Shown here: piece after piece, positions 1 through 11,864 of the stretch | Layout: every line of letters starts with the position of its first letter | Position numbering within the stretch: the first letter of the stretch is position 1 | The notes under the pieces: generated by a model | Database searches by the model: none | Told to the model about the DNA's origin: nothing | Seen by the model: the letters and a program-made list of their open reading frames with translations, nothing else | Translations under genes and position numbers: made by a program | From: Amphiscolops sp. MND2022 | Taxonomy: Eukaryota | Direction of reading: 5' to 3' | DNA: 64,000 bases | NCBI GenBank assembly: GCA_964187785.1 | Contig: OZ076409.1 | Location: 77,874,001-77,938,000 of the forward strand

Positions 1-1299
1 ATTTGAAATGAATTCACAATGAAAGGGATGATATCAAAAACGTTGTTCGAGTCTGCATTAATTGATCAATTTGTGCTGATAAATCTACACCACATTTTCA
101 AAACACCATACATTGGGTTTCCAAGAACTATTGGACTTACTTGGTAGCATCAGTTAAAGAGAGATAACCATAACAACTAGCGATTAAAATAGTCTCAGAA
201 TATCAATTTTCATCTACTAGGCTTTGTTGTCTTCAAGTTCTCACTCAATGGATTTCGCTCTGGACCAATTCTAAGATATCACAGCTCGTAGATTTTGTTT
301 GCAAGTGATGTTCTAAACATGACTATTCACCTAACTATTATTAGGCATTGTTGGTGCCAGTCAACTACATGACGAGGTAATCAAACCCGAGCAAGCTGGA
401 TGAAAATTTTAACTCGAAACTTTTCGAAACTCTTGATGAAGTTTCAACGAAAATCACAGGAGACCAAATTGGAAACCCCCAAACATGTTTTGTCGAAGAT
501 TGTTAATCATGAAGACCCACACATGCAAGTACCCAACACTAACATTCCTGCCAATCTTTAAGGTCATCATCACCTTTTAACCCCCTTTGCCCTTCACACG
601 TGTGGTATTCAAGGTCATTGAACCAATGTAAAATAATGGTGATTCGCCCATATGACCTCAAAGAGAATGTAACTCTATCAAAACAGGTTACATTTACGTG
701 TGTATAGATACCATCAGACCATTTAACCAACATGCAAGACCCATTTCATAGTTTTAATACCAGCCAATAACTTTCATAAAATATTTGAATGTAATACATT
801 TATTTTATATTTTGACTTATACTTATCGAATAAGTATAAACGAAATGTATACCATAACTAGTTAGACACAAGACGATTGGAACGTTGTATTCAAGTTTTG
901 TCTTAGGGTCACCATAGTTCTCACTTAACTTCTTCGGCTCTTTTCGACTTTTCGTCGGGACTTGGAGCAATTAAGTTAGTTACTCTCAACTCGTGGAGAG
1001 TTGGAAGTTTCAAGAAACAAGGAAGAAGCAATTCCGGATGATTAGATCCTACTAAGCCACGATACAGTCCTTTTATTCTCACAAGCAAGTACTGTTCAGA
1101 AGCGGTCTGCATTACTGGGCACTGTATTCAGGGCAGAGTGACGTTTGGTCAGGTGAGGGAATCAAAGAGCCGTTACAAGATTTTCCAATTTTTTGTTCAT
1201 TTGTTCATCTTCTTGGCCAACTAATTTTCTGTTGTCTAAGAAGCAAGAGAAGAACGTGGGTTCGACTCTCGCACTAAACCACAATTTTTCTATGCTCCT

Positions 1300-1520
1300 A
1301 AAAATATAGTGGAAACCAAAGGGTCACCCCCTTGCGGTTTTTTTCGGCACTATGCGACATTTTCCCGAAGTTTTGAATTCTTTAAAAGGGTACCCCCTTG
1401 AATTTTTTGGAGTCTTCGGTTTGTAAAAAAGAATTAATGAGCCTAAAGGGTCTCTTTTTGGGTTTTTCGGCAATATGCGACTTTTTTAACAAATACTTTT
1501 TTTGAAAAAAAATTCCAAAT
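1300..1520 (+). mobile_element. Internal fragment of the HINE-like repeat family
   Basis: Shares the aaaggg(t)...cccc and tttttcggcactatgcgac subrepeats with the copy at 21635-22381. No termini seen; bounds approximate. Confidence 0.55.
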
Positions 1521-2560
1521 GTTTCCAATTGCCAATAATAATTGAAAATAACTTGATTAACTGATGGGTTTGTCAAAATAAACTTTACGACTCAAAAGTT
1601 TTAGAAATGATTCCACTTTAGGAAAATAATACAGAAAATGCGACATGGGGAATCCAAAACTCAATTTATATTAACTAATCGGTTTTCCATTCTAAATGCA
1701 ACTTCTCTCAACCGATTAGAGAATCAAGGATTGAAATGAAACAATTTTTAAAAGTTGGCAACAAATCCGACTGCTGAAAAAATTTACAAGACACTTGGAA
1801 TCAAAAACGAAACAATACCCAGCTCCTAAATTGAATCTATAACTGGATAAAAAACAATTTTAAGTGATTTACGAAAAAACAAGCCAAAATTGCTCTATTG
1901 ACCTTCCACAAAACTTCGACAATCATGATCATAAGTGTTAGAACTTGCGTTTATAGTTGTGTTGAGTGCTTCGCTACAACTTGTCAAATTGTCAGTCAAA
2001 CCTCCAGTAGGTTCTATTCTAGAAGAACAACCTTGTTCTGAGGGAGCGCTAGACCGGTTATCTACCTTGGACAAAAAAGTTTCGAATATTCTCAAAAAGT
2101 CACTTTGACTGTTCATTGTCGCGGAGGCGTTTCGATGTTCTGTTCTCAATTGTTCGAGACATCTCTACAAAATCCTGTTCTGACAAATATCGATTTTCGT
2201 CTGTAGCTGAACAAGTAACATCAACATCTTTGTGACACTCCAAAAGATATTTCTCAAGTTTCATTTCCTGGGTTTTTTTGGCTTTTTAAACTCGGTAATA
2301 AAAATGGCAGTGAAACAATTTAATTGGGTAATCAAGACCTTTTATCGAAGTGGCGATGATCCAGTTTATGCTGGCAAAGTCCGTTTTTAAACAAAAACAA
2401 TTAAATCAGCAATAATTAGCCGGAACAGGAGTATCAAATACAGACAAAATGGAAAATGAGGATAAAACAAGTGTTATACATGATCACAAATAAAATTGAA
2501 ATTATCAAACGAAATCAAGTACTGCTCTCAATACCTCGAGCATTTTTCTGTTTTTTTCCT

Positions 2561-2848
2561 AATCCCGCATCAGTGTAGTTATAATTTGCGCTAGACACCC
2601 GGGATAAACCCCGCGCGTGAACTTCACACTTTGCTCAACTCGGCGTCCTTCCGAGGTAAGGAAATCCAAATAATGTAAGCTTCCTCGGGATTCGGCTCTC
2701 GGTATCGACCCACTTTGAGAAAGTGGGAATCAACTTTCTGCCGAAGTCTCAATTCTGCGGCCCACGCCTTCTCCTTTCCCCGCTAATTCAATACGCCGAA
2801 TCAAAGTTAGCACTGAAATTCATGAACTTAGCTACAAATGCGGGAATC
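2561..2848. other. GC-rich segment with nested inverted repeats (candidate structured RNA or retroelement leader)
   Basis: Complementary pairs: tcccgcat/atgcggga, tgtagtt/agctaca, tcggcgt/acgccga, ccgagg..aag/cttcctcgg, ttcggc/gccgaa, cccacttt/aaagtggg. Confidence 0.4.
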
Positions 2849-2870
2849 GTAAACAATTTCAGTACTGCAC

Positions 2871-3577
2871 TGTCGTAATAAAATTGGATGAGCAAGTCAA
2901 TTAAATGAAATAAATAACTCAAGAGATTTTTTCACTGAAAGAACAGGGAAACTAGGTCTAAATTCCAAAGTCTCGACTTAAATAATTTTGGACAGTTGGT
3001 CCCAAGCGTTCACTTGGATTTATTTTCTGAGAATATTGCCTGGGCTGTTGACTCAACTAATTAAACTGTCACGCACGTCTTAGAAATACACAAATATCAT
3101 TACGCTCATAATCATGATTCGAATAGTTCTTTCATGCTCCTTCGTTTTCCATCGTTTCCTGGTGGCTGTATCTTTCTTCTGTGACTTTCTTTCTTTAGTT
3201 ATTCATAGCGGTGGTTGAATCTATTTAGTCGGACGGTTGACTGAGCTGCTATTTCAGCTCAATTCCGATTGGCGGACAGCATGGCTGATTTGTTAATTTC
3301 TGAGGCAGCGTCCAAGCAATCATTTTCGGATCAGCGTACCAGGCGTGCTACTCGCTTCTCGAAAGTGTACGCTGTTCATTCTGTTTTCTGTTTTCATTTC
3401 GGGTGCGTTGATGTTTTCTGCTATATTAAGTATTTTATATTATAAGTACGTAAAAATAGTTTCAATTTAAGGTTGAATGTATGTAATAATTCTTACTGGC
3501 TTCCGCTATTCCTTCTTTCCAGCGCTTCCAATAGGCTTCTTCCTTTAGAACGCTGAGGGGGTTGTGACAATACGACA
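2871..3577. repeat. Possible single LTR (tgtcgta...tacgaca)
   Basis: 7-bp terminal inverted repeat with TG...CA ends. No TSD and no second copy in the window. Confidence 0.3.
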
Positions 3578-4606
3578 TCGTTATCTGAAAATGAAAACAC
3601 GTTCTGTGAAAAAACGAAACGAATTTTGCTATTCGAAGTAAAAGATCTTGTGAAATTGCCTTGAAGAATTTTGACAGATAGAGAAAACAAGCTGTGTTTT
3701 TTTCAGAAAAACAAAACGTTTCTATAGATGTAACTCAAGGTTTTACCCGATGTCTTTTTCTCCTCATGTTAAACATCGCGGATCTGCAACATTCCAATAA
3801 GGATTATAAAATAGTCAAGTGTGCTGACGACGGAACATTTTTAAAACGTCGGTAAGTAAACTAATCGCCTTGTGACTAAAGAAATACAAATGTTCACAGC
3901 ATGGCTAGCATTGCTCGTATTGACTAATCTAACCGGTAACGTGGCGAAACGTTGGTCTACTTTTTCCGAGAATGACAAGCCTAAAACACTAACTTGAGAC
4001 GAGATTACAATTGGACAGTTGTCTCAGTTTTAGCGAACCAATAGAGAACATTACAAAAACACTCAATAAATTTGGTGTCTTACTTACCCAGATTCAAACA
4101 ATTATCCGCGAAAAGGACATTCAGTAATTGATATTTCGTTTGTGAAATCAATTGTTCACTAGGTGACAGCAGCTGAAAATTGAAACAACAAACAAAAACG
4201 AAAAAAGACGGCCACGGAAAGCAAATTTTGAACTAAAATTCCACTCACTGCTGACGTTAGTGAGCCGCCGCCATTCTTGCTATTCTCGGTAGCTCTTGGA
4301 CGTCACAAAGTCTGGCAATTGAGGAAGTTTGGTTACTGGAAACTAGGTTGTATTTTTAAATTTCGTGTTTTTTCTCGCAAAAGTGACGCTTTTGAGCTTT
4401 TAGTTATACCTTAATTTTTAACTTTTTCAATTTCTACTCCTTTTTAAAAAAAAATCTAGCGGTAGCTCCACTTTAAAACAGTATATTGTGGACAGCTTTT
4501 TGTTTCAGAAAAATGTCAAGAAAAATCTCCAGGCGTCTGAGTCCACACATTTCAAATCTGGTCATCGGATTATCTTGAACAATATATACAAAAACCTGTG
4601 AAGTAT

Positions 4607-5000
4607 TGTTATGCGTTGCATTACTCATTGATGAATTTTGACTCATGAATGACTTTGACTTTGTTTTGAATGAATCATACTTGTATTGAGTCAGCCAGTT
4701 TATGAAATTGAAGTAATGTCCCGCTCATGGATCTTCAAAAGAATGAGTTACGCTCAGAAAAGACATTCAAGGTTATGTTTTCCCAGTCCTTCTCTTTATC
4801 GCCATTTGTGAAACATTTTAACTCTTAAATAAGCCTGTAGTAAATGAAGCATTTCCTAGCCCTTTTCCAAACCCTAAAATTTACTATTATGAAGTCTTTC
4901 ACTAATTTTACGCTATTTTATTTCCGGTATTTGGAGACTGCCGTCTTACAGGTATCAAGTAGTCTTTGTTTTATTCTTTCTTCAGTATTTATAATTAATA
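4607..5000 (+). repeat. BEL/Pao 5' LTR
   Basis: Direct repeat of 10680-11073; begins TGTT, ends AATA. Confidence 0.97.
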
Positions 5001-5004
5001 TTTC

Positions 5005-5015
5005 TGGCGCCCCAG
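5005..5015 (+). promoter_or_regulatory. Primer binding site (TGGCGCCCCAG); cognate tRNA not established
   Basis: TGG-initiated motif 4 nt downstream of the 5' LTR. Confidence 0.75.
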
Positions 5016-5101
5016 TGGTCACGTTTACCCTTATTTTCCTTTTCTCGAGTTGTTACATTTACGAATAGTGTTAAATCACTTTCATTGAAAGAGTGTAAAA
5101 G

Positions 5102-7153
5102 ATGGTCAAAAAAAGAAATAAAGGCCAAAATGAGGCAACTGTGGCTGATGATGATGATGTAGAAAATGGCACTGAAGCCAATGAATTGCATGCGGCTAAT
5201 GGGCAATCCTCCAGTGATTCGTTTTCTCATTCGCAACTTGACCAAACTGATGATGAATTACAGCAACTTTTGTCGTTGCAGCAACTTGGTCTTGATGAAA
5301 TTCAATGCTCCCTTCAGTTTGCCAACAATTGTATTGAAACAGGGGAAGCAGTAGAGTTGTGTCAAGAGTTTTTCGAGGAAGCCCAACAAAAAATTGTTGA
5401 TTTTGAGTCTCTGACAAAGCAAATAATTCTACATTCAAAATCTCACCTCAACCGCCAATCAACACAGCTCTCAGGAGTTAAGAATGCTCTACGAAGCCTT
5501 CGTTTGAAGATCATGAAAAAGCGCGCTTCTGATCAGTTGTCGCATCCTTCTGAAGTGTACCCAGTAACGAGAACTAATCCTCAACAAGTGTTTGGCAACC
5601 TACCATCTGATGAACTCCAAGGAACTTCTAACAACCCATTGCCTGCTTTCACAATACCTGACTCTTCTCTGCAATCAACAGCTCCCGCCGTCACATCAAA
5701 TTTCCCTGGAATCAATGACACGTCATCACAACTCGAAACCGCAGCAAATCCGTTGCATGTCGCACCAAGGATACATACTGAAGCACCAGTTCCAAATAAC
5801 AACGTTCTTCAGGGAGTTGGAGCTTCACAAAGAATGTCGATTCCGAAAGTCAAGCCCACAACTTTTAATGGAGACCCACTTTTATGGTTAGATTGGATTG
5901 GCCTCTTCAACGCGACAATTCATTCATCAGACATGACAACAGCTGAGAAAATGACCCATTTACAAACTCTAGTAAAGGATCAAGCAAAATCAGTCATTCG
6001 CGGATATGGATACAATGGAGATATGTACTTCACAGCACTCAAACGACTCCAAGACAGTTTTGGAAATCCAACCAAAATTGTCACCTCTTTTCTACAACGC
6101 CTTAATTGCCATCCGATACCAACTCTTGAACAACCTGATTCTTTCACAGTGTACTCCAACTTTTTAACTACCTTGGTTGACACTTTCGAGCAACTTAATT
6201 TTCAACACGACATTCGTTCAACAACTAACGTTCAACAAGCCTTGAGAAAGTTACCGACCGAAACTAGACTAGCCTGGAATCGACATGCCGTCTCTTCAGG
6301 ACTCAAACAGCCAACTCTAAATGATGTAACTCTTTGGTTACGGGAATTCGCTCTCGCCTGCAGTGAAATGCCTGTACCACAGCAGACCACATCAATTAAA
6401 AACGGACAGCCTCAATTCTCTCATGATTCACATTCATCATCAGGAACTGCCAATCACCACAAATCTTCTACCGCTACGCCAAGATCAGGACCAACAACGG
6501 ACGCTCTCAAAAAAGATTTCTGCCCTGAATCCAAAGGATGCCCTCTGCTTCGACAATGCCCGCACTTCAAATCTCTTGATCTTCAGAGCAGATACGATCA
6601 CGTCAAAAAGTTGAAACTTTGTTTCAATTGCCTCGGACCACACGCCTTCAAAGATTGTAAATCTGAAACAACCTGCCGCACCGACGGTTGTCAACGACGA
6701 CACCACACGTTGTTACACCGTGATCAGCACCCAGCAGTTTCTTCAGCCGTCAACACCCGACGTCACTTGCCAGGAATTGTACCTATTCTTCCAGTAACAC
6801 TCTCTTACGGGAACAACCAGATTTCCACATACGCCCTTCTGGACTCTGGGAGTTCCGTAACACTACTCGCTGAATCAGCCGCCAAGCTGCTTCAACCCGA
6901 CCTCGAAAGGAACCAACAACTCAGTGTAACAGGAATCAACACTGTCGCCGAAGTTGATGTCGCAACGATACAATGTTTCATTGGACCGTACAACTCCCCA
7001 GTTCAGCCTCACAGACTCGATAAAGTTTTTTCAGTGCCAACACTGAACGTTCAAACAGCACAACCTGCATTTCTCAACTCAGTTTGTCAGCAGCACCTCA
7101 TCTTAATCACGTCAAATTTCCTCAGTTATCATCCAATTCCGTTTCGCTTCTGA
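5102..7153 (+). CDS. gag: BEL/Pao Gag plus aspartic protease (5' part of the polyprotein)
   Basis: DUF1759-like gag region (FNGDPLLW...F...IH), Cys/His knuckles (CFNCLGPHAFKDC, CRTDGCQRRHHTLLH) and protease motif ALLDSGS. Frameshifted relative to the next ORF near 7098. Confidence 0.92.
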   Translation: MVKKRNKGQNEATVADDDDVENGTEANELHAANGQSSSDSFSHSQLDQTDDELQQLLSLQQLGLDEIQCSLQFANNCIETGEAVELCQEFFEEAQQKIVDFESLTKQIILHSKSHLNRQSTQLSGVKNALRSLRLKIMKKRASDQLSHPSEVYPVTRTNPQQVFGNLPSDELQGTSNNPLPAFTIPDSSLQSTAPAVTSNFPGINDTSSQLETAANPLHVAPRIHTEAPVPNNNVLQGVGASQRMSIPKVKPTTFNGDPLLWLDWIGLFNATIHSSDMTTAEKMTHLQTLVKDQAKSVIRGYGYNGDMYFTALKRLQDSFGNPTKIVTSFLQRLNCHPIPTLEQPDSFTVYSNFLTTLVDTFEQLNFQHDIRSTTNVQQALRKLPTETRLAWNRHAVSSGLKQPTLNDVTLWLREFALACSEMPVPQQTTSIKNGQPQFSHDSHSSSGTANHHKSSTATPRSGPTTDALKKDFCPESKGCPLLRQCPHFKSLDLQSRYDHVKKLKLCFNCLGPHAFKDCKSETTCRTDGCQRRHHTLLHRDQHPAVSSAVNTRRHLPGIVPILPVTLSYGNNQISTYALLDSGSSVTLLAESAAKLLQPDLERNQQLSVTGINTVAEVDVATIQCFIGPYNSPVQPHRLDKVFSVPTLNVQTAQPAFLNSVCQQHLILITSNFLSYHPIPFRF

Positions 7154-10100
7154 TTGGTGTAGACTCATACGATGTGATCTGCAGCCGAGGAGTCATTCAC
7201 GGACCACCTAATACACCAAAAGCATTGCACACACTTCTTGGATGGACAATAGTCGGAAATAGCAGCCATCAACTACCGACAACAGCACAGACACTCCTTG
7301 TCAGGACACCAACAATGGACGACGAACTTTTTCAGCAAGTCCACCGTTGGATGCGTCAAGACATTGAAGGAGTCTCATCAGCCAAGAAAGCTTTTTCATC
7401 CAACGATCGCCGCGCCGAGAAAATTCTCCAATCTACAACAACGAAAGTTGAAGGTCGCTACCAAATTGGTCTTCTCTGGAAAGAAAACGTCGACCTGCCA
7501 AATAATCGGTGGGTTGCCGAACGTCAACTTTCCGGCCTTGAACAACGTTTGGAAAAAGATTCTAATTTGAAACAACTATACCAGAAAACAATCGATGACG
7601 ACCTTGCCAAAGGTTACATCGTTCGAGTGCCGCCAAACGACACAACCGTCAAAAAATGGTATCTTCCACACCATCCAGTTACCAACATCCACAAACCTGG
7701 AAAGGTTCGCCGAGTGACAAACGCCAGCAGTGTCTTCAAAGGAAAGTCACTCAATAGCAGTCTACTGACTGGACCAGACTTTCTTTGCAACCTCACAGGA
7801 TTAATATTGCGCTTCCGACTACACAGAGTCGCGATATCTGCGGATATCGAGGCTATGTTCATGCAAGTTCTCGTGGACCCCAAAGATCGACCGTTTCTAC
7901 GCTTCTTGTGGCGGAACAACAAAACAATGTTCGACTACGAATACACTAGACACATATTTGCCGCAACCGATTCACCATGTGTCGCCTGTTACGCCGTGCA
8001 ATGTTGTGCCAACGACAATGCAGACGATCATCCGGACATTCCAGCAATCGTTCAGAGGAACATTTGTATGGACGATCTTTATCTCTCTCTACCTACAGAT
8101 GAAGAAGCCACAGATACAGCACAGATCCTACGCACGGTCTTGTCAACGGGAGGATTCAATTTGACCAAGTGGAGTTCGAACTGCCGTAACTTTTTGAAAG
8201 GGTTGAACTCGGAACTGCGAGCTGCAGGAGCCGACCCCGACAATTCATTGACGCCACAACGCGTCCTTGGAATGCCATGGGACCCGGAAAAAGATGTCTA
8301 CTTTATACCACCGGACAGCTACCAAAATGTCAAGGACATACAAACACCCACTCAACGCAGTTTACTGAAGTTTACTTCATCGATATTCGATCCGTTGGGA
8401 CTCACAGCACCACTGACGATTCGCTTGCGAATTTGCATGCAACTTGCCTGGACCACTGGACAACACTGGGATAAGCCCATTCCAGAGGAACACTTAGCTG
8501 ACTTCCATCAATGGACCAGTGAAATTGACCACTTCCACAAGATTGAACTACACCGCCAGCTTCACAACTACAAGAGCCAGCCAAAACGTCATGAACTTCA
8601 GGTGTTCTCGGATGCTTCGGAGAAAGCAGTTTCTGCAGTATCCTATTTACGAACAATCCAAGACGACAACCACATCAGCATTGATTTCCTAATTGGTAAA
8701 GCCAGAGTTGCACCCATAAAACGACTCACGATTCCAAATTTGGAACTTCAAGCAGCAACTATTGGAAGCCGCCTTGCAGTGTACATCAAAGAAGAACTTG
8801 ACATACGCATAGCTAAAACCTTCATGTGGACCGACAGTACAACCGTTTTGCACTGGATTAACAATACTCATCAAAGACACAAAATCTTCGTTGCCAATCG
8901 ACTTAACATTATTCTCGACTCAACAGACGCGTCCGATTGGAGATACGTTCCAACTTCAGACAACCCCGCAGATGATGGAACAAGAGGATATACTGCCAGT
9001 CAAATGAATGTCAACTCGCGATGGATTCAAGGACCACCGTTTCTCTCGCACAATGAACACTTTTGGCCTGCCCAGCCTACTTCGTCTCAACAAGTTGCTG
9101 TGTCTCTTACCCACCAGCCCACCGACCAACACGAAAAACCACTCTTTGAAATTACGCGCTTCAGTAATTGGAACCGCCTAATTAGGACTATTGCCTTCTG
9201 TTTCCTCGTTGCCGACAAAGCCAGAAATCGCCAAGCCACTCTAACTTTGGAGCATATTACCAAAGCTTTCAAATTTCTCATCAAGTTTTCTCAGCAACAT
9301 TCTTTCCTCGCAGAAATGAAAGAGCTATCTAAGAAGAATTGCCTGCCCGCCAACTCTAGAATTTCACAACTCAGCCCCTTCATCGACGAGCATGGAATCT
9401 TGCGATCGCGTGGCCGACTTGCCAAGGCCACTGTTATTTTGTGTAGCAGATTTCCTGTCATCTTGGATGCCGCATGCCCTTCAATCGAACTCTTCTTACA
9501 ACACATTCACAGCACCAATGGACACTGTGGACTCGAATTCAGCCGTGCCTTAGTTCAACAACAGTTTTGGATACTCAAAGCCCGCAAGGTGTTACGACAA
9601 CTCATTCGACGTTGCATCACTTGCCGCAGACAACAGCAGGATGTCATCCAGCCCATCATGGCTGACTTGCCGAAAGAACGACTCCCTTCCTCGATCAATT
9701 TTCCATTCCGTACAACTGGAGTTGATTACCTAGGACCATTTTTCATCAAAGCCCCGCGTGCCGAAAAACGATATATACTTCTCTTCACTTGCCTCGTCAC
9801 CAGAGCTATCCATATTGAAATTACAGAGAAACTGAACACCGACGAATCAATTTTAGCTATTCGAAGATTTATTTGCCGAAGAGGGCAGCCTCACTCCATC
9901 AGATCAGACAACGCAACTACCTTTATCTCTGCCAATAAAGACCTCAAAGCCGAACTAAAGAAACTTGAGAAAGCCTCATCTGATATATCTGCCCGCCTTG
10001 GTGTGCAGCATATCGCCTGGTATTTCAACCCACCAGCAGCCCCTCATTTCGGGGGTGCATGGGAGCGGTTAATCCGCTCTTTCAAAGATACCTTCTACAA

Positions 10101-10602
10101 AATTGTTGGATCGAGAACCTTGCGCGATTCTACGCTTTACACTTTTGCCTGTGAAGTAGAGGCAATAATGAACAATCGGCCTCTCTTGCATGTTTCTTCG
10201 GACATCACCGACATGGAGCCTCTCACACCGAATCATCTACTACTCGGAAGACCTCAAGCAATCGTACCGACAGGTATCTTCGACAATCACACGGAGCCCT
10301 ACAGCTGGAAGAAAGCTCAAGCTTTAGCAGACAGTTTTTGGTCAAGGTTCAGCAAAGAATACATGCCATCTCTGCAAACAAGATCAAAGTGGACGAAACA
10401 TTCCGATGAACTGAAACCTGGAGATTTAGTTTGGATCTTGGAAGATTACACAGCCCGTGGAATATGGCCGGTCGGAAAAGTCAAGTCAGTCACCAAAGGC
10501 ACAGACAACGTGGCCCGCTCGTGTGACCTCATCACTTCTTTTGGAACGATTAAAAGACCTGTCATAAAACCTTCAAAACTCTTCGTCGATAATTACGACT
10601 AG
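7084..10602 (+). CDS. pol: BEL/Pao Pol: RT, RNase H, integrase (RT active site reads CMDD)
   Basis: WYLPHHPV, ADIEAMFMQV, CMDD (8065-8076), VFSDAS, TIPNLELQAA, WTDSTTVL, H-H-C-C zinc finger, GVDYLGP, SDNAT, FGGAWERLI. Confidence 0.95.
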   Translation: MSAAPHLNHVKFPQLSSNSVSLLIGVDSYDVICSRGVIHGPPNTPKALHTLLGWTIVGNSSHQLPTTAQTLLVRTPTMDDELFQQVHRWMRQDIEGVSSAKKAFSSNDRRAEKILQSTTTKVEGRYQIGLLWKENVDLPNNRWVAERQLSGLEQRLEKDSNLKQLYQKTIDDDLAKGYIVRVPPNDTTVKKWYLPHHPVTNIHKPGKVRRVTNASSVFKGKSLNSSLLTGPDFLCNLTGLILRFRLHRVAISADIEAMFMQVLVDPKDRPFLRFLWRNNKTMFDYEYTRHIFAATDSPCVACYAVQCCANDNADDHPDIPAIVQRNICMDDLYLSLPTDEEATDTAQILRTVLSTGGFNLTKWSSNCRNFLKGLNSELRAAGADPDNSLTPQRVLGMPWDPEKDVYFIPPDSYQNVKDIQTPTQRSLLKFTSSIFDPLGLTAPLTIRLRICMQLAWTTGQHWDKPIPEEHLADFHQWTSEIDHFHKIELHRQLHNYKSQPKRHELQVFSDASEKAVSAVSYLRTIQDDNHISIDFLIGKARVAPIKRLTIPNLELQAATIGSRLAVYIKEELDIRIAKTFMWTDSTTVLHWINNTHQRHKIFVANRLNIILDSTDASDWRYVPTSDNPADDGTRGYTASQMNVNSRWIQGPPFLSHNEHFWPAQPTSSQQVAVSLTHQPTDQHEKPLFEITRFSNWNRLIRTIAFCFLVADKARNRQATLTLEHITKAFKFLIKFSQQHSFLAEMKELSKKNCLPANSRISQLSPFIDEHGILRSRGRLAKATVILCSRFPVILDAACPSIELFLQHIHSTNGHCGLEFSRALVQQQFWILKARKVLRQLIRRCITCRRQQQDVIQPIMADLPKERLPSSINFPFRTTGVDYLGPFFIKAPRAEKRYILLFTCLVTRAIHIEITEKLNTDESILAIRRFICRRGQPHSIRSDNATTFISANKDLKAELKKLEKASSDISARLGVQHIAWYFNPPAAPHFGGAWERLIRSFKDTFYKIVGSRTLRDSTLYTFACEVEAIMNNRPLLHVSSDITDMEPLTPNHLLLGRPQAIVPTGIFDNHTEPYSWKKAQALADSFWSRFSKEYMPSLQTRSKWTKHSDELKPGDLVWILEDYTARGIWPVGKVKSVTKGTDNVARSCDLITSFGTIKRPVIKPSKLFVDNYD

Positions 10603-10679
10603 ACTTTCTCAGCACTGACGTTGACTCTCAAACTTTCCTCACCAAACTCTTATTTGCCTCCTGCAAATGGGGCCGGCCA

Positions 10680-11073
10680 TGTTATGCGTTGCATTACTCA
10701 TTGATGAATTTTGACTCATGAATGACTTTGACTTTGTTTTGAATGAATCATACTTGTATTGAGTCAGCCAGTTTATGAAATTGAAGTAATGTCCCGCTCA
10801 TGGATCTTCAAAAGAATGAGTTACGCTCAGAAAAGACATTCAAGGTTATGTTTTCCCAGTCCTTCTCTTTATCGCCATTTGTGAAACATTTTAACTCTTA
10901 AATAAGCCTATAGTAAATGAAGCATTTCCTAGCCCTTTTCCAAACCCTAAAATTTACTATTATGAAGTCTTTCACTAATTTTACGCTATTTTATTTCCGG
11001 TATTTGGAGACTGCCGTCTTACAGGTATCAAGTAGTCTTTGTTTTATTCTTTCTTCAGTATTTATAATTAATA
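10680..11073 (+). repeat. BEL/Pao 3' LTR
   Basis: Direct repeat of 4607-5000, followed by TSD AGTAT. Confidence 0.97.
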
Positions 11074-11864
11074 AGTATGTACTGCAACCCATTCTTACCG
11101 AGGACAACTAAATCCGAGCAGAGCCCACTAGTTGAACGCTATTTCTCAAAGTCTGAATCTATTTGTGTTAATCACAAGGCTCAATCATCATCGTGGAATG
11201 GTGTTTCATTTTGTTGAAAATTGGAAGTTTTCCTGCTCAATTGGAAATTTCTCCCGCAACAACTCGCAACAACTCAAAATAACTGCTCGTTTTCAATAGT
11301 TTTAAAGCATTGAAAAGGGGAATACTGTGATTTGCATCAACTTTTCATGGTTTTGGCAAAAAAAGTGCCTTTGTGTCATGCTTTGATGGTTCTCGCGTAA
11401 GACCTATTCGGTTATTTGGTTCAATTCTCCCCGAACTTCAGGCAGTTACATAGCTTCAGGGCCAAACCAACGTGTTCCAATAATTTGTAGCTGTTGCCTC
11501 CGATCCTGATATTACATGTTTTTGAATTCGAAGAAAACTGCGGGAATTTTTCGCAAGGTTGTTTTGTTTGTTCTCCTTCATGTTGTGGAATGTTTTGAGG
11601 TGCGCCCCTGCGCAAGAATGAATGAAATTGGTTAGTTGATTTTTCAACCACTTATGGTTGTATCTTCATTATTGACTGAGAAGATCTTCAAATAATTCAA
11701 ATTTAACGTCAAAATTGGTGGTACTATCAATGTTTTTGCTAATGGTCGAGTTTTCATACTTACTAGTACCTCAGCTAGACGATTAACGAATTTAACGCGA
11801 AAATTAAATTAATCTTTGATACAGTGAAATTTCATAAACTAAGACGTCAAGAGCAGAATCCTAG

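Larger units (their letters stand above)
4607..11073 (+). mobile_element. BEL/Pao LTR retrotransposon, full length and recent
   Basis: Two 394-bp LTRs with 1 mismatch seen (g4837/a10910). 5-bp TSD AGTAT (4602-4606, 11074-11078). PBS tggcgccccag; PPT-like ggggccggcca before the 3' LTR. BEL-type gag-PR-RT-RH-IN polyprotein. Confidence 0.97.

Noticed and set aside
1..1250. Possible decayed minus-strand coding sequence
   Set aside because: Too degraded to assign any motif with confidence.
1254..1281. tRNA-like T-arm (gtgggttcgactctcgc...acca)
   Set aside because: No matching acceptor stem, D-arm or anticodon arm upstream; at most a SINE-like remnant.
4240..4478. Kolobok-like terminus (agctccactttaa) with a gccgccat motif
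   Set aside because: No partner TIR found in the window.
4844..5068. Short hydrophobic ORFs duplicated at 4844 and 10917 (also 30219/44226, 30601/44574, 22913/27967)
   Set aside because: They recur only because they lie in paired LTRs; no independent sign of coding.
7084..7153. Programmed gag-pol frameshift in the BEL element
   Set aside because: No slippery heptamer; the break lies after the protease motif, and BEL elements normally have a single ORF. A 1-nt deletion or sequencing error is simpler.
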